Source of the DNA: a virus
Reading direction: 5' to 3' (one strand)
Length of the DNA stretch: 64,000 bases
IMG/VR virus record: IMGVR_UViG_3300035670_000140
Location: 12,367-76,366 of that record
Each line of letters opens with the position of its first letter. Positions within the stretch are counted from its first letter, which is position 1. Positions 20,854-31,700 of the stretch are shown piece after piece. The notes under the pieces were generated by a model. The model worked only from the letters and a program-made list of their open reading frames with translations, ran no database searches and was not told where the DNA came from. Made by a program: the position numbers and the translations under genes.

Positions 20854-23800
20854 ATCAGTTGCTAAAACAGACACCTTTGAGATTCAAAGGCAAAAAATTA
20901 ATTTAATCGCTCAAGATGTATATGATGTACAAACCACTGTGGGTGAAGGTGGTTTTAGTTTAAGTAATGGTTCTGTAACTTCTCCTTCCTTATTTTTTAC
21001 TAATCAACCTTCGGTTGGCATATATAAAGGTATTGGAAAATCATTAAATTTAGCTTCCAACGGGAAAGGTATTGTTTCTTTTGAAGAAGATTTTATAACT
21101 GCCTTTCAAGATATAAGATCCTTAATTTCTTCTATTCCAACTGGAACTTCTGGAGTTACAATTTCGAATAGCGGTTCAAATTATAATTCTGGAACATATA
21201 CTAACGTGCCTCTAACAGGGGGGTCTGGAAATTCTGCTTACTCCACAGTAACAGTGTCTCCAATGAATGGTTCTGTTACTTCTGATGGAATTAGATATGT
21301 TGGTGGTACTTATACCAATGTTCCTTTAACTGGCGGCAGCGGTTCTGGAGCTCAGGCTACAATAGTTGTATCTCCTTTTGGGGGTAATGTATCAAATCAA
21401 GGTTCTGGTGGTTCTACAACATCGACTTTTACAAATGTTGCTTTAACTGGCGGCGGCGGTTCTGGTTTATTGGCAACTGTAGTAACATCACAGTTGCCTG
21501 GAGGATCGATCGTAGTTTCATCTGTTACTATTACTAATTTTGGATCTGGAACATATGCTGTAGGAAATATTTTATCTGCTAGTTCTGGATCAATTGGTGG
21601 TGTTACGGGTTTTCAATACACACTTACAGGAGTTGGTGAAGTTTCTTCCGTGACCATCACAAATGGTGGATCTGGATATATTGCTGGAGATATTTTATCA
21701 GCCTCATCAGCAAATTTGGGTGGTTCGGGAACTGGATTTCAATACACTGTAAATAAATTAAATTTTGTTTCCTCTGTTGAAATCACAAATGGTGGCGATG
21801 GATATGTAACTGGAGATGTATTATCTGTTCGTAATTACGAACTATATCCAACAGTAATTAAATACGTAAAATTAGAAGCTACTCAGTTATTATCTTTTTC
21901 TGGAACTTATCCAACATCTGGATTTGCTGTCAATTCCAATTTAACTTTTAATGGACAAACAAGAAGAATTGTAAAAGTTTTTACATCTGGACCAGACATA
22001 ACAGCAGTTAGTGTAGATGCTACATCAGGTTCGATACCATTTCCAGGAGCTGGTCAAACTGCCACATCTGGAGGTCAATCAGCTACTGTTTCTTCATCGT
22101 CATCAGCATTAAATTATTATTTTTCAGATACAGAAAATCCAAATAACGCTTCAGATTGGACAAATATACCAGATTTTACTTTCAGAAGAAATGAAAGATA
22201 TTTGTTTATTCAAAAAGCTTCTTCAAATAATACACATCCACTAAGATTCAGTATCACCAGAGATGGTTTCCACACTTCTGGTGGGGTAACATATAATGGT
22301 TCTGAAGTTAACTATGATTATGTTTTTCCAGGGGCAATTTACACAATAGAAATTATTCCTGATAGTAATACTCCATCTACTTTATATTATTTTTGTGGAG
22401 AAGGAATCACAGATCCATTTAATAATCATTTAGATGAAGGAGGATTTGATAATAAAGAAGGTGTTATTACAGTAAGTGGATCTATAACTCCAAGTTTGGG
22501 TAGTGGTTTCCAATTAGTGTTGGGAAATATAACCGAAGAACAAAATGTTTTAATTGAAAGAACTGGAAACACTTCCATCAAAGATTTGACAGCTACTACA
22601 GGTTTGTTTTCACAAAATCTAACATGTCAACAAAATTTTTCTTTATCTGGTGATTTAACAATAGGTGTAACTAAGTTAACAGTAGATTCTTCTACTGGAG
22701 ATACTTATATTGACGGAGATTTAGAAGTAAACGGAGAATTAAACTTCTTAAACGATGCTTCTTTGGGAGGTACTCTATATATTGATTCTATAAACAATAG
22801 AGTTTCTATCAATAGAGATCCAGATACAACACCACTAACATATGATTTGGAAATAGATGGATCATTATATAATTCTGACAATTCTGTTTTTTCTGCTCAA
22901 TCTGGTACGTATACAAGAATTGGTAGTGGATTATCTGGAACAGAAAAATTACAGGTAGGTGGTTCTATATATTCTTCGGAAAAGTTTTTGGGTTCAACTG
23001 CTGCTACATTACAAAATCCTCAATATAGTTTTTCTGCTAATACGAGACACGGAATACATTTTAATGATGTAGATAAAGAAACCTCCATAGTGTCTAGTAA
23101 CGGAAAGTTACTTGGATTCAAATCGAATCAAATTGATTTTTATAGAAATACAAATTTTAATGTTACAGAAATTACTGAAATTAATTTGAATGGTGGATCT
23201 GGTTACACTGATGGAACTTATAATGGAATATTATTAACTGGCGGAACTGGAAATGGCGCGGCCGCCAATGTTATCGTGGCGTTTTCATTGCCCATTGGAT
23301 CTATATCAACAGTTAATAATATTTCGGCAGCCGATCCATTAAAAGATGTTGGAATTTATACAGTTTATCAGGGAGATTATACCACCATTGGCGATGGCGA
23401 ATATGCCGTATTTGAAATTACAATAGATGGTACTGGTGCTGCTTCTGTAGTAATAATTGAGGGTGGTAGAAAATTTTCTATTGGTGATACTGTTACAGTT
23501 CCAGGAAATGTATTTACTAGTTTAAATATCCTCCAATCTCCACAAGATGTCACATTTACCGTAAATTCATTAACTTCAAATCCAGGAGCTGGTTACACGG
23601 ATGCTACATATGAAAATGTACCTTTAACTGGGGGTTCTGGAACTGGAGCATTTGCTACAATTGTTGTAGAATCTGGTGTTGTAACTGAAGCAATCGTCAC
23701 TAATGCTGGAACGGGATATGTGGTTGGCAATACGTTATCATTTTCACACACGTCTCTACAAGCGATAGTCAATGGTTCTCCAATAACTTCAGTATCTCCG

Positions 23801-25234
23801 ACTACGACAGCTTCATTAAAAATCGAAAAATTAGGAACAATATCAAAAGTTGATATAATTAATTATGGCGATGGTTATATAGTTGGTGATGTATTACAAT
23901 TTAATAATATTGCTGGATCTCCCACATCAACCGCTTCTTTATCCATAGAAGCTGTATCATCAACAACTACCATAACAATAGATAAAAATTTAGGAAATAT
24001 AACAGCATTAACACTAAAAACTACTGGAAGTGGTATTAATGTTGACGATGTTTTATCAATTGATTCTAATAATATTTCTTCTTTAAATAATTCAGATATC
24101 ATTATTTCTCCAGGATCTTCGTCCAGACTTTTGTCAGTTTCTGGCACTGGTGGCATCAAATTGCCAGTAGGCAATTCTACAAATAGACCAGCAGCTACTA
24201 CAGCTGGTATAGTTCGTTATAACACACAGACATCTCAATACGAAGGATCCAACGGAACAAACTTTATTTCTTTAGGTGGAGTTAGAGATGTTGACGGAAA
24301 TACCTATATTATTGCTGAAGAAGAAACTGGAGCTAATGATAATATTTTATATTTTTTCAATGATAACTACAACTCTGCTCGTTTAAATCGTACAGAATTA
24401 GAATTAGTAACATCTACAACTATTTCATCTAAAGATACTGATGGTAAATTCAAATGGAAAGCAAATACAGCATATTCATTAAATGCTTTTGTTTATCATG
24501 AAACTAATCTATATCAAGTAACTACTGCTGGAACTACTGAATCTGTTGCTCCTTCTCATACTACTGGATCAGCAACCAACGGAACTGTAACGTTAAATTA
24601 CATAGGAGATACTTACGGTGATTTAACATTAAAAGCGAAAAATATTAATTTAAATGGTGGATTAACCTTAAGTTCTGCTTTGAAATTATATTCATTAAGT
24701 AACAATTTAGTATTTGAAAATAGTGACAATTCTTTTAAATTTGCTTTTGGTAATATTAGTGGCGTTCCTGATGTCGCTCTTTCAATTTCTAATGCTGGGC
24801 AATTGAGGGTTAACAAAAATTTTGATACATCAAATCCAGAAAATAATATTAATGTAATTGATTACACAGCCAAATTTATAGAATTAGATGACGTTAAAAT
24901 CCAAACTAGCGATCTCACATTAACTAGAGGAGCTACAGATTCTGGCAATATTACTGCCTACAATCCATCAAATTCCAAAGGAGCAAAAATTATAATGGTT
25001 GCTGAAAATACCACAACTGGAGATAGTCATATTGTTGAATATAATATCATTTCTAAAGGAACTGATATATATGTTAATGAATATGGAAATTTAGATACTG
25101 GTATTGAACAATATTCGGTTGTTTGGAATTTCGATCCTTCAAATAATATACAAGGATCTATAACTTTAAATAATTCTTTAACTGCTGGAAACGTTGTTAT
25201 CATTACGTCATCAATTACTCAAATTAAGAAATAA
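20840..25234 (+). CDS. Tail fibre / virion structural protein with Gly-rich repeats (1464 aa)
   Basis: N-terminal 'MAVLRSVAKTDTFEIQRQKIN'; five 'TYxNVPLTGGSG' repeats; cupredoxin-like insert; 'LPVGNSTNRP...GIVRYNT...YEG' fibre motif; CBM-like module. Confidence 0.8.
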   Translation: MAVLRSVAKTDTFEIQRQKINLIAQDVYDVQTTVGEGGFSLSNGSVTSPSLFFTNQPSVGIYKGIGKSLNLASNGKGIVSFEEDFITAFQDIRSLISSIPTGTSGVTISNSGSNYNSGTYTNVPLTGGSGNSAYSTVTVSPMNGSVTSDGIRYVGGTYTNVPLTGGSGSGAQATIVVSPFGGNVSNQGSGGSTTSTFTNVALTGGGGSGLLATVVTSQLPGGSIVVSSVTITNFGSGTYAVGNILSASSGSIGGVTGFQYTLTGVGEVSSVTITNGGSGYIAGDILSASSANLGGSGTGFQYTVNKLNFVSSVEITNGGDGYVTGDVLSVRNYELYPTVIKYVKLEATQLLSFSGTYPTSGFAVNSNLTFNGQTRRIVKVFTSGPDITAVSVDATSGSIPFPGAGQTATSGGQSATVSSSSSALNYYFSDTENPNNASDWTNIPDFTFRRNERYLFIQKASSNNTHPLRFSITRDGFHTSGGVTYNGSEVNYDYVFPGAIYTIEIIPDSNTPSTLYYFCGEGITDPFNNHLDEGGFDNKEGVITVSGSITPSLGSGFQLVLGNITEEQNVLIERTGNTSIKDLTATTGLFSQNLTCQQNFSLSGDLTIGVTKLTVDSSTGDTYIDGDLEVNGELNFLNDASLGGTLYIDSINNRVSINRDPDTTPLTYDLEIDGSLYNSDNSVFSAQSGTYTRIGSGLSGTEKLQVGGSIYSSEKFLGSTAATLQNPQYSFSANTRHGIHFNDVDKETSIVSSNGKLLGFKSNQIDFYRNTNFNVTEITEINLNGGSGYTDGTYNGILLTGGTGNGAAANVIVAFSLPIGSISTVNNISAADPLKDVGIYTVYQGDYTTIGDGEYAVFEITIDGTGAASVVIIEGGRKFSIGDTVTVPGNVFTSLNILQSPQDVTFTVNSLTSNPGAGYTDATYENVPLTGGSGTGAFATIVVESGVVTEAIVTNAGTGYVVGNTLSFSHTSLQAIVNGSPITSVSPTTTASLKIEKLGTISKVDIINYGDGYIVGDVLQFNNIAGSPTSTASLSIEAVSSTTTITIDKNLGNITALTLKTTGSGINVDDVLSIDSNNISSLNNSDIIISPGSSSRLLSVSGTGGIKLPVGNSTNRPAATTAGIVRYNTQTSQYEGSNGTNFISLGGVRDVDGNTYIIAEEETGANDNILYFFNDNYNSARLNRTELELVTSTTISSKDTDGKFKWKANTAYSLNAFVYHETNLYQVTTAGTTESVAPSHTTGSATNGTVTLNYIGDTYGDLTLKAKNINLNGGLTLSSALKLYSLSNNLVFENSDNSFKFAFGNISGVPDVALSISNAGQLRVNKNFDTSNPENNINVIDYTAKFIELDDVKIQTSDLTLTRGATDSGNITAYNPSNSKGAKIIMVAENTTTGDSHIVEYNIISKGTDIYVNEYGNLDTGIEQYSVVWNFDPSNNIQGSITLNNSLTAGNVVIITSSITQIKK

Positions 25235-25239
25235 GTACC

Positions 25240-25746
25240 ATGGCAACTTCCATCAAAACTTTTAATTCAGAAGGTGGGTTTGGAATTAATCAAACCACAA
25301 TTGCTGATGAAAATTTAAATTTACTAAATGTAAATACTTTAGAAATTAAAAATTCAAATTACTTGGATGGAAGTAAAAAGAATTATATTATGAGAGGATT
25401 AAACAGTGGTGTTTTAACCTTAGATAATTTGGCGCCAATTTCTTTAGTATCAAATACCATTAATTTTATAACCGCTCATATTGTGGCAGTAAATCCCAAT
25501 GGTTCTGGTAACTATTCTTTAAAAATAGAATCTACTGTTTCTTGTAGTTCTTCTGGAGATGTCCAAGTTTTATCAGAACTAACTACAATTTTAAAAGATA
25601 GTATTCCCACTGGACAGACATGGACCGTATCTACATATGATACAGGAACAGCAAATCAATTTAGTTATTCCACTAATAGAGGTGGTACTACAGATACAAT
25701 CAAATGGATCTCATCCGTAGAGATTACTTCTGCTATCTGGGTATAA
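25240..25746 (+). CDS. Virion structural protein, hypothetical (168 aa)
   Basis: Open frame 5 nt after the upstream stop; beta-rich S/T/I composition; in the fibre cluster. Confidence 0.7.
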   Translation: MATSIKTFNSEGGFGINQTTIADENLNLLNVNTLEIKNSNYLDGSKKNYIMRGLNSGVLTLDNLAPISLVSNTINFITAHIVAVNPNGSGNYSLKIESTVSCSSSGDVQVLSELTTILKDSIPTGQTWTVSTYDTGTANQFSYSTNRGGTTDTIKWISSVEITSAIWV

Positions 25747-25752
25747 AGAGAA

Positions 25753-25759
25753 CTAAATA
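25753..25759 (+). promoter_or_regulatory. Late promoter (CTAAATA)
   Basis: TAAATA core about 30 nt before the ATG at 25789. Confidence 0.6.
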
Positions 25760-25788
25760 CATTAAGAATAAAAATAGTAGTTTGACAA

Positions 25789-28700
25789 ATGAGTTTAGAA
25801 TTTAATGCTGATAAGCAAATAATTAAAGGTTCTAATCCATCTATTATTGGATCTAGCGAGTTTTCTGTTAGATCTGGAACAGGAGCAAATGAAAAGGAAG
25901 TAATCCGCGCTATTCTAGACTCATCTACAAATCTTCCTAGAGTTGGCATTAATAGAACAGGAAGAAGAATTGAAAGAATTGAAATAAATCAAAACCAAGG
26001 CGGAACTGGTTATACAGTAACACCTTCTGTTTTGATTGATCCACCAACTTTATCTGGTGGCGTACAAGCATTAGCATCAGCTGTTGTTGTAAATGGTTCT
26101 GTTGTTGCTATTATCGTAGACAATCCAGGAGATGGATATGCTACTGCTCCTTCTATTACAATTTCTGGAGGAAACGGTGCTGGGGCAGCTGCTACTGCTT
26201 TTCTAGATACGGTTGATTTTGAACTAGACATCAATGGTGCTATCAGAACATCTACTTCTATCATTTCGGATACTGCTAGAATTCTAAACCTGGATATTGA
26301 AAATTTTGTTACCCCAGACGCCAATTTTAGGGGCCCAAACTTAAAAACCTGGGCAAATAATACTGGTATTCCATGGGCTCCTAGTGTTTCTTTACAAGTA
26401 AATGATTACAGATATTTTGGGCAAAATCTCTATCAAGTATTAGAATCTGGAATTACTGGCACTACTGGACCAATCCATACAGATGGACAGGCATTAAATG
26501 GCACAGTTTTACTAAAACATATTGGTTATAGAGTCAGTGATGTAAATCTTCCACACTATAATCAAACAGGAGATTCTGGCGTTTTCCCTAGATCTATTAC
26601 TCCACTTCTAGGAGATAGATCCGATAAAATTGCCACCACTGAATATGTATTAAATCTTGCTACTAATGATGTTGGTGGTCGTGTATATGTTTCACAGAGC
26701 ATTGGTGATGATCAAAATGACGGTAGATCCGCTGCTGCTCCTGTAAGAACTATTAAGAGAGCATGTCAAATTGCTTCTCAAACAAAAGGTGTAAAAGAGA
26801 CTGTTGTTATTTCTGGTGGAGATTATGTAGAAGATAATCCAATTTCAATTCCACCAGATTGTTCTATTGTTGGTGATAACTTACGTCTAGTTATCGTAAG
26901 ACCAGCAAATCCCAAAAAACACATGTTTAAATTTGGGGATAAAAATTATGTAACTGGTGTCACATTTAGAGATCAAATTGACTCAGCTGGAGATCCCGTT
27001 GCTACGTGGGATTTTGCTATGGTATTTGACGATCGTCAAAGAATTTATTATGATGTAACATCTGGCGGTGATTTTGGTAGAGATTTTTCAATTGGTCATC
27101 AAATATTTGGTCCACCAAGAATTAGAGTTAGATTCCAAACTAATACTGGTTTAGATGCTTTATCAGTAGGGGAGTCTGTAAGAGGTATTAACACTGGTGC
27201 TACTGGTATTGTAAGTGCTGTTACATTCGATACAACAACTGGTCCACAGGCATATGTAAATGGTACTATTGATGTAGATGTTACTGGAGGATCATTTAAT
27301 AATGGCGAAACATTCCAATATGAAATAGGTACAGCACCAAACATTGATACATACGAATTTGTATCTGTAGAGATCACTTCAATTAGGGCAGAAGGAGAAG
27401 TAGTTGATACTGGAACAGATTTATCAACTGCTCTTCCAATTTCTAGAATTGACTTTTCCCAACAAGGAACTCCATTAGTAACTGAAGGTGGATTTGGTTA
27501 TGATGGTAATCCAGAAGATTTGGGCGGAATTATTTTATATACAAACATTCTTTTAGGAAGACAAAATATTCACGACTTTAAAGAAGGTCAAGAAATTTTG
27601 ATTTCTGGAATGCCAACATCTTCGCCAGATTTGTCATTCTTGAATGGAAAAACTAGAATTTACAAAGTCTTGGACGACGCTGATGGTAGATCGAGAAGAT
27701 TTGTAATACCAAAAAAAGTAGCACTAACAGATTCTAATTTTATTCCACCATCTGTTGCTAGTGTTAGATCATATTCTTACTATGTTACTTTAACATTACT
27801 AAATTCCCCAAATAAATTTGATGTTGCTTCTTCTATTAGTAGAAGATTTCAAGATGCTTGTAATTTAATACGAAACAATATCGATTTTATTGTTGACGAA
27901 GCATACTTACAAATATTAGCAGAGTTTTCTAACTTCACTCCGCCAAATGTTTCTAAATGTCGTAGAGATATTGGACATTTTTTAAATGCTATTATTCGTG
28001 ATCTAGAGTATGGTAGCAATTATAACGTAATTGAAGCAGCAAAATACTACGTAGAAAATACTACACAAATTGGATACGTAGATAATGAAATTACTGAGAC
28101 TGTAAGAGCTTTTGATATTGCTAGAAGATTAGCAATCATTGCTATGAGAAATTGGAGAACTGGTAATGGAACAATTTCTGATCCAATTTATACGCCAGTA
28201 TATTCATCATTACAAAGATTTTTCGATAATACAGTAATTACAACGACAGCTGGATCTCCAGCTTGTGCTGATGTAGCAAGTGCTATCGATACTCTTGGTT
28301 ATTTGTTTGTAACTGTACTCACCAATAATACTGCTGATAGATTTTTAGATGCTTCATATTTAATTGCTCGTAATGACGATTTTATTGCTTCTGAGGCTTT
28401 AGGATATACCAAAGCAACATATCCATCCCTTGGTTTATCTGTTCCAGATGAGACTAAGTGTAAAAGAGATATTAAGTATATTTTAGATGCTTTAAGAAGA
28501 GATTTATCTTTAGGTGGTAATGCTGGCATTGTGACTGCTGCCGAAGCATACTTCACGGGAGCACAATTAACAGGAATTCCTACTTCAGAACTTGCTGCTA
28601 CTAGATTTGCTTTCCAAAAAGCAAAAGATCTGGCAATTCTTGCTATGAGAAATTGGAAGACTGGCGACGGAACTGGTCCTACTTATACGAGAGTTTATGA

Positions 28701-31700
28701 GACTACAATTTCCCTATTTACAGATAGTACGATTACTATCGATCCATCCACACCAATCTGTGCTAACGTAGCAGCTGCTATAACTACATCATTTACATTA
28801 TTAGACGATATATTGGCAGGAACAATTCTTCCAGGTGCCACAACGAAGACATATGGAACTCTTTATAATCCAACAATTACATATCCAGATAATACAATTT
28901 ATGATGCTGATAACAAAAGAGTAACGCCAAGAGTTACCTGGGACGAACTTCCTTATATTGAAGCATCTCCGTATACACAAAACTCTTCAATTATTTCATT
29001 CTTGGGAGGTAGTGGTGCTCTTGTTGATGGTAGTAAAGTTGCTCAACCAAACTGTCCATTCCCTGGTCTAGAACCAGATGGATCTGCTACTTATCCAAAC
29101 CAAGGTAAATCAATGGTTGCTTCGGCATTCACCATTGTTTCTTTTGGAGGTATTGGTTATAAAGTTGTTAATGATGGATATACTCAGTTAGTTTCTGTAT
29201 TTGTTATCTTCTGTGCTGATGGCGTTCTTGCCGAAAGTGGTGGTTATGCTTCTATCACAAACTCAGCTACTAACTTCGGTATCTATGCGCTGAGAGCAAG
29301 AGGTTATAACAACTTTGCTTATTCCTTCGACATTGGAACAATTACTAATGTTTCCACAACACCGACTGGAAGAACTATCTTCACAATTGATGGTCTTGGT
29401 AGAGAACCATTAGAACATTATATTGTTAAAATTGATGGTTACAGTAATGTAAATCCAGATATAGAATATTATATTGAAACTGTTGGTGCTGTTACTGTCG
29501 GTCCTCCTTTCTCTGCTCAGGTAACGCTCGAATCTGGAACTGGCGGTGGAGCAGAATTTATTAAAGATGCAACTGGTCAGGCGGTTTCGACTTCAATTGG
29601 AGAATTTTCTGGTAAAACTATCAGACTACACAGACCATCTATTGTTAACTCTTCATCACATACTTGGGAATTCGCTGGGTCTGGCACCAACTATAATGCT
29701 CTTCCAGAAAATGGTGGAGTTAAAGTAGAGGCATACGAGCAAGTAAATGAAGATTATGGAAGAGTTTACGTATCAGGTACAGACGAACTAGGTGACTTCA
29801 AAGTTGGTACTTTTGCTAAAATTGAAAACAGAACTGGTGCTATTACATTCACTGGTACAGTTACTATTTCAGAAGTTGAATTCCTCAAACTAAAAGGTGG
29901 CGATGTTGTTGTTACTGGATTTGATGCCTCCAATACTCTTGGTGGTGCTAACTCAACTGACTCCAAACTACCAACTCAGAAAGCAGTTAAAGATTATATA
30001 ACAAATAATCTTGGTCCTTATATCAACAAACCTTATTCAACAAACGCTGTTCCAAGAGCTCTCGTTGAACTAACAGATTCTGGTAAAATTTCTATTGATC
30101 AGATTCCTGCTCTACGTCCATTCAATGTTTATACTGTACCAAACCAAGCAGCGAGACTATCTATTGAAGGTGCTCTGGCTGGTGACATTGCTATTCAGCA
30201 AGATACAAATCAATCTTTTATTCTGAATAATGATTTAACTAGTCTATTTGCTACATTCCCTGTAGATACAGATTTAGTATTCAATACTGGAGATATTTTT
30301 ACTGGCACACCTTCAACTGGTCAAATACAATCAACTGAGTATAGACAAGGTGTTGTTTATACGATTAATATTACAAATCCAGGTTCTGGTTACACTGCCC
30401 CACCAACGATTACTATTTCTGGTGGAAATCCACAGGTAGGTGCTGTATCGGCAACCGCTACTTGTACGATTGCCAACGGACAAGTAGTAACAGTTACTAT
30501 TACTGAGTTTAATGGATATCTCGGTGGTAAAGGATACACAACACCACCAACAGTAACATTTAGTGCTCCTGGTGGCGCTGGTATTACGGCGACAGGTGCT
30601 GCTCTAATTGAGAGCAGATTATATGGCAGTATTGTCAATAACATCAAAATTTTAGATACTGATACAATTCAGTCAAGTAATTCTCCAGCAGAAACTGTAG
30701 ATGTTAGTAGAGTAGTTAATACATCTTCTTCAGTAAACGGTAACTGGGTATCTCTATCCACTACTCAAATTGCTGCTTCTGATATTACATCTGGAGTTAT
30801 TGATACTAGCAGACTAGCATTTAACTCTGCTGCTGCCAACTCATTCACATTCTTGAGAGGTGATAAATCATATGCTCCAGTTGTTCAGTCTCTAAAAGGA
30901 GCTGAGAATAGATATTTTGCTATTCTAGCACAACAAGCAAATATAGGATCAAGTCAACTAGTATTTACTACTAACTCAAATACATTAAAAGGTCATGAAG
31001 TTGTAAACAATGTAACTGGAATTGCTGCTAACACAAATATTACTGGTGTAGTAACTGCTGCTGGTCTCACCACAATTCAAATTAATAATCCATTGACATC
31101 TGCCATAACAGCAGGAACTGTTATTGAATTTAGAAGAGGATCTTCACCACTGATATTCGAATCTTCTTACACTCAAGGAAACTTTGTAGATTCGATTATT
31201 ATCGTAAATGGAGGAAGTGGTTTTACGAATGGTCAATATTTCGATGTAAGTTTATCTGGTGGATCTGGATCTGGATTAAAAGCAAACATCATTGTTTCTA
31301 GTAATGCTGTAACAGAAATTCTTGTTACTAGTGGTGGCAGTAACTACACAGGCGATTTTAATATCACTTTATCCCCAACAGAAATTGGTGGTGGTGCTGG
31401 TCTAGTTCTAGCAGCAAAAATTAGTACAGTTAATAGAAACTATGCCAACACTTCTATTGATATCAATCGAGTTACAGATCAAACTATTTCAGCCGACCCA
31501 TTTGGAACAGTTGGTGTAGGAAGATTCCTCAAGTCACAGTTCTTCTTGGGAGATGCTGGTAATGGATCTATACAACTTAAAACTGGTGCTGATAGCGGAT
31601 TGGACGCTGACCTACTCGATGGAGCACAGGGTTCCTATTACTTGAACGCCAGCAACTTAAATTCTGGCACAGTATCCGTAGATCGCTTATCTGGTACTTA

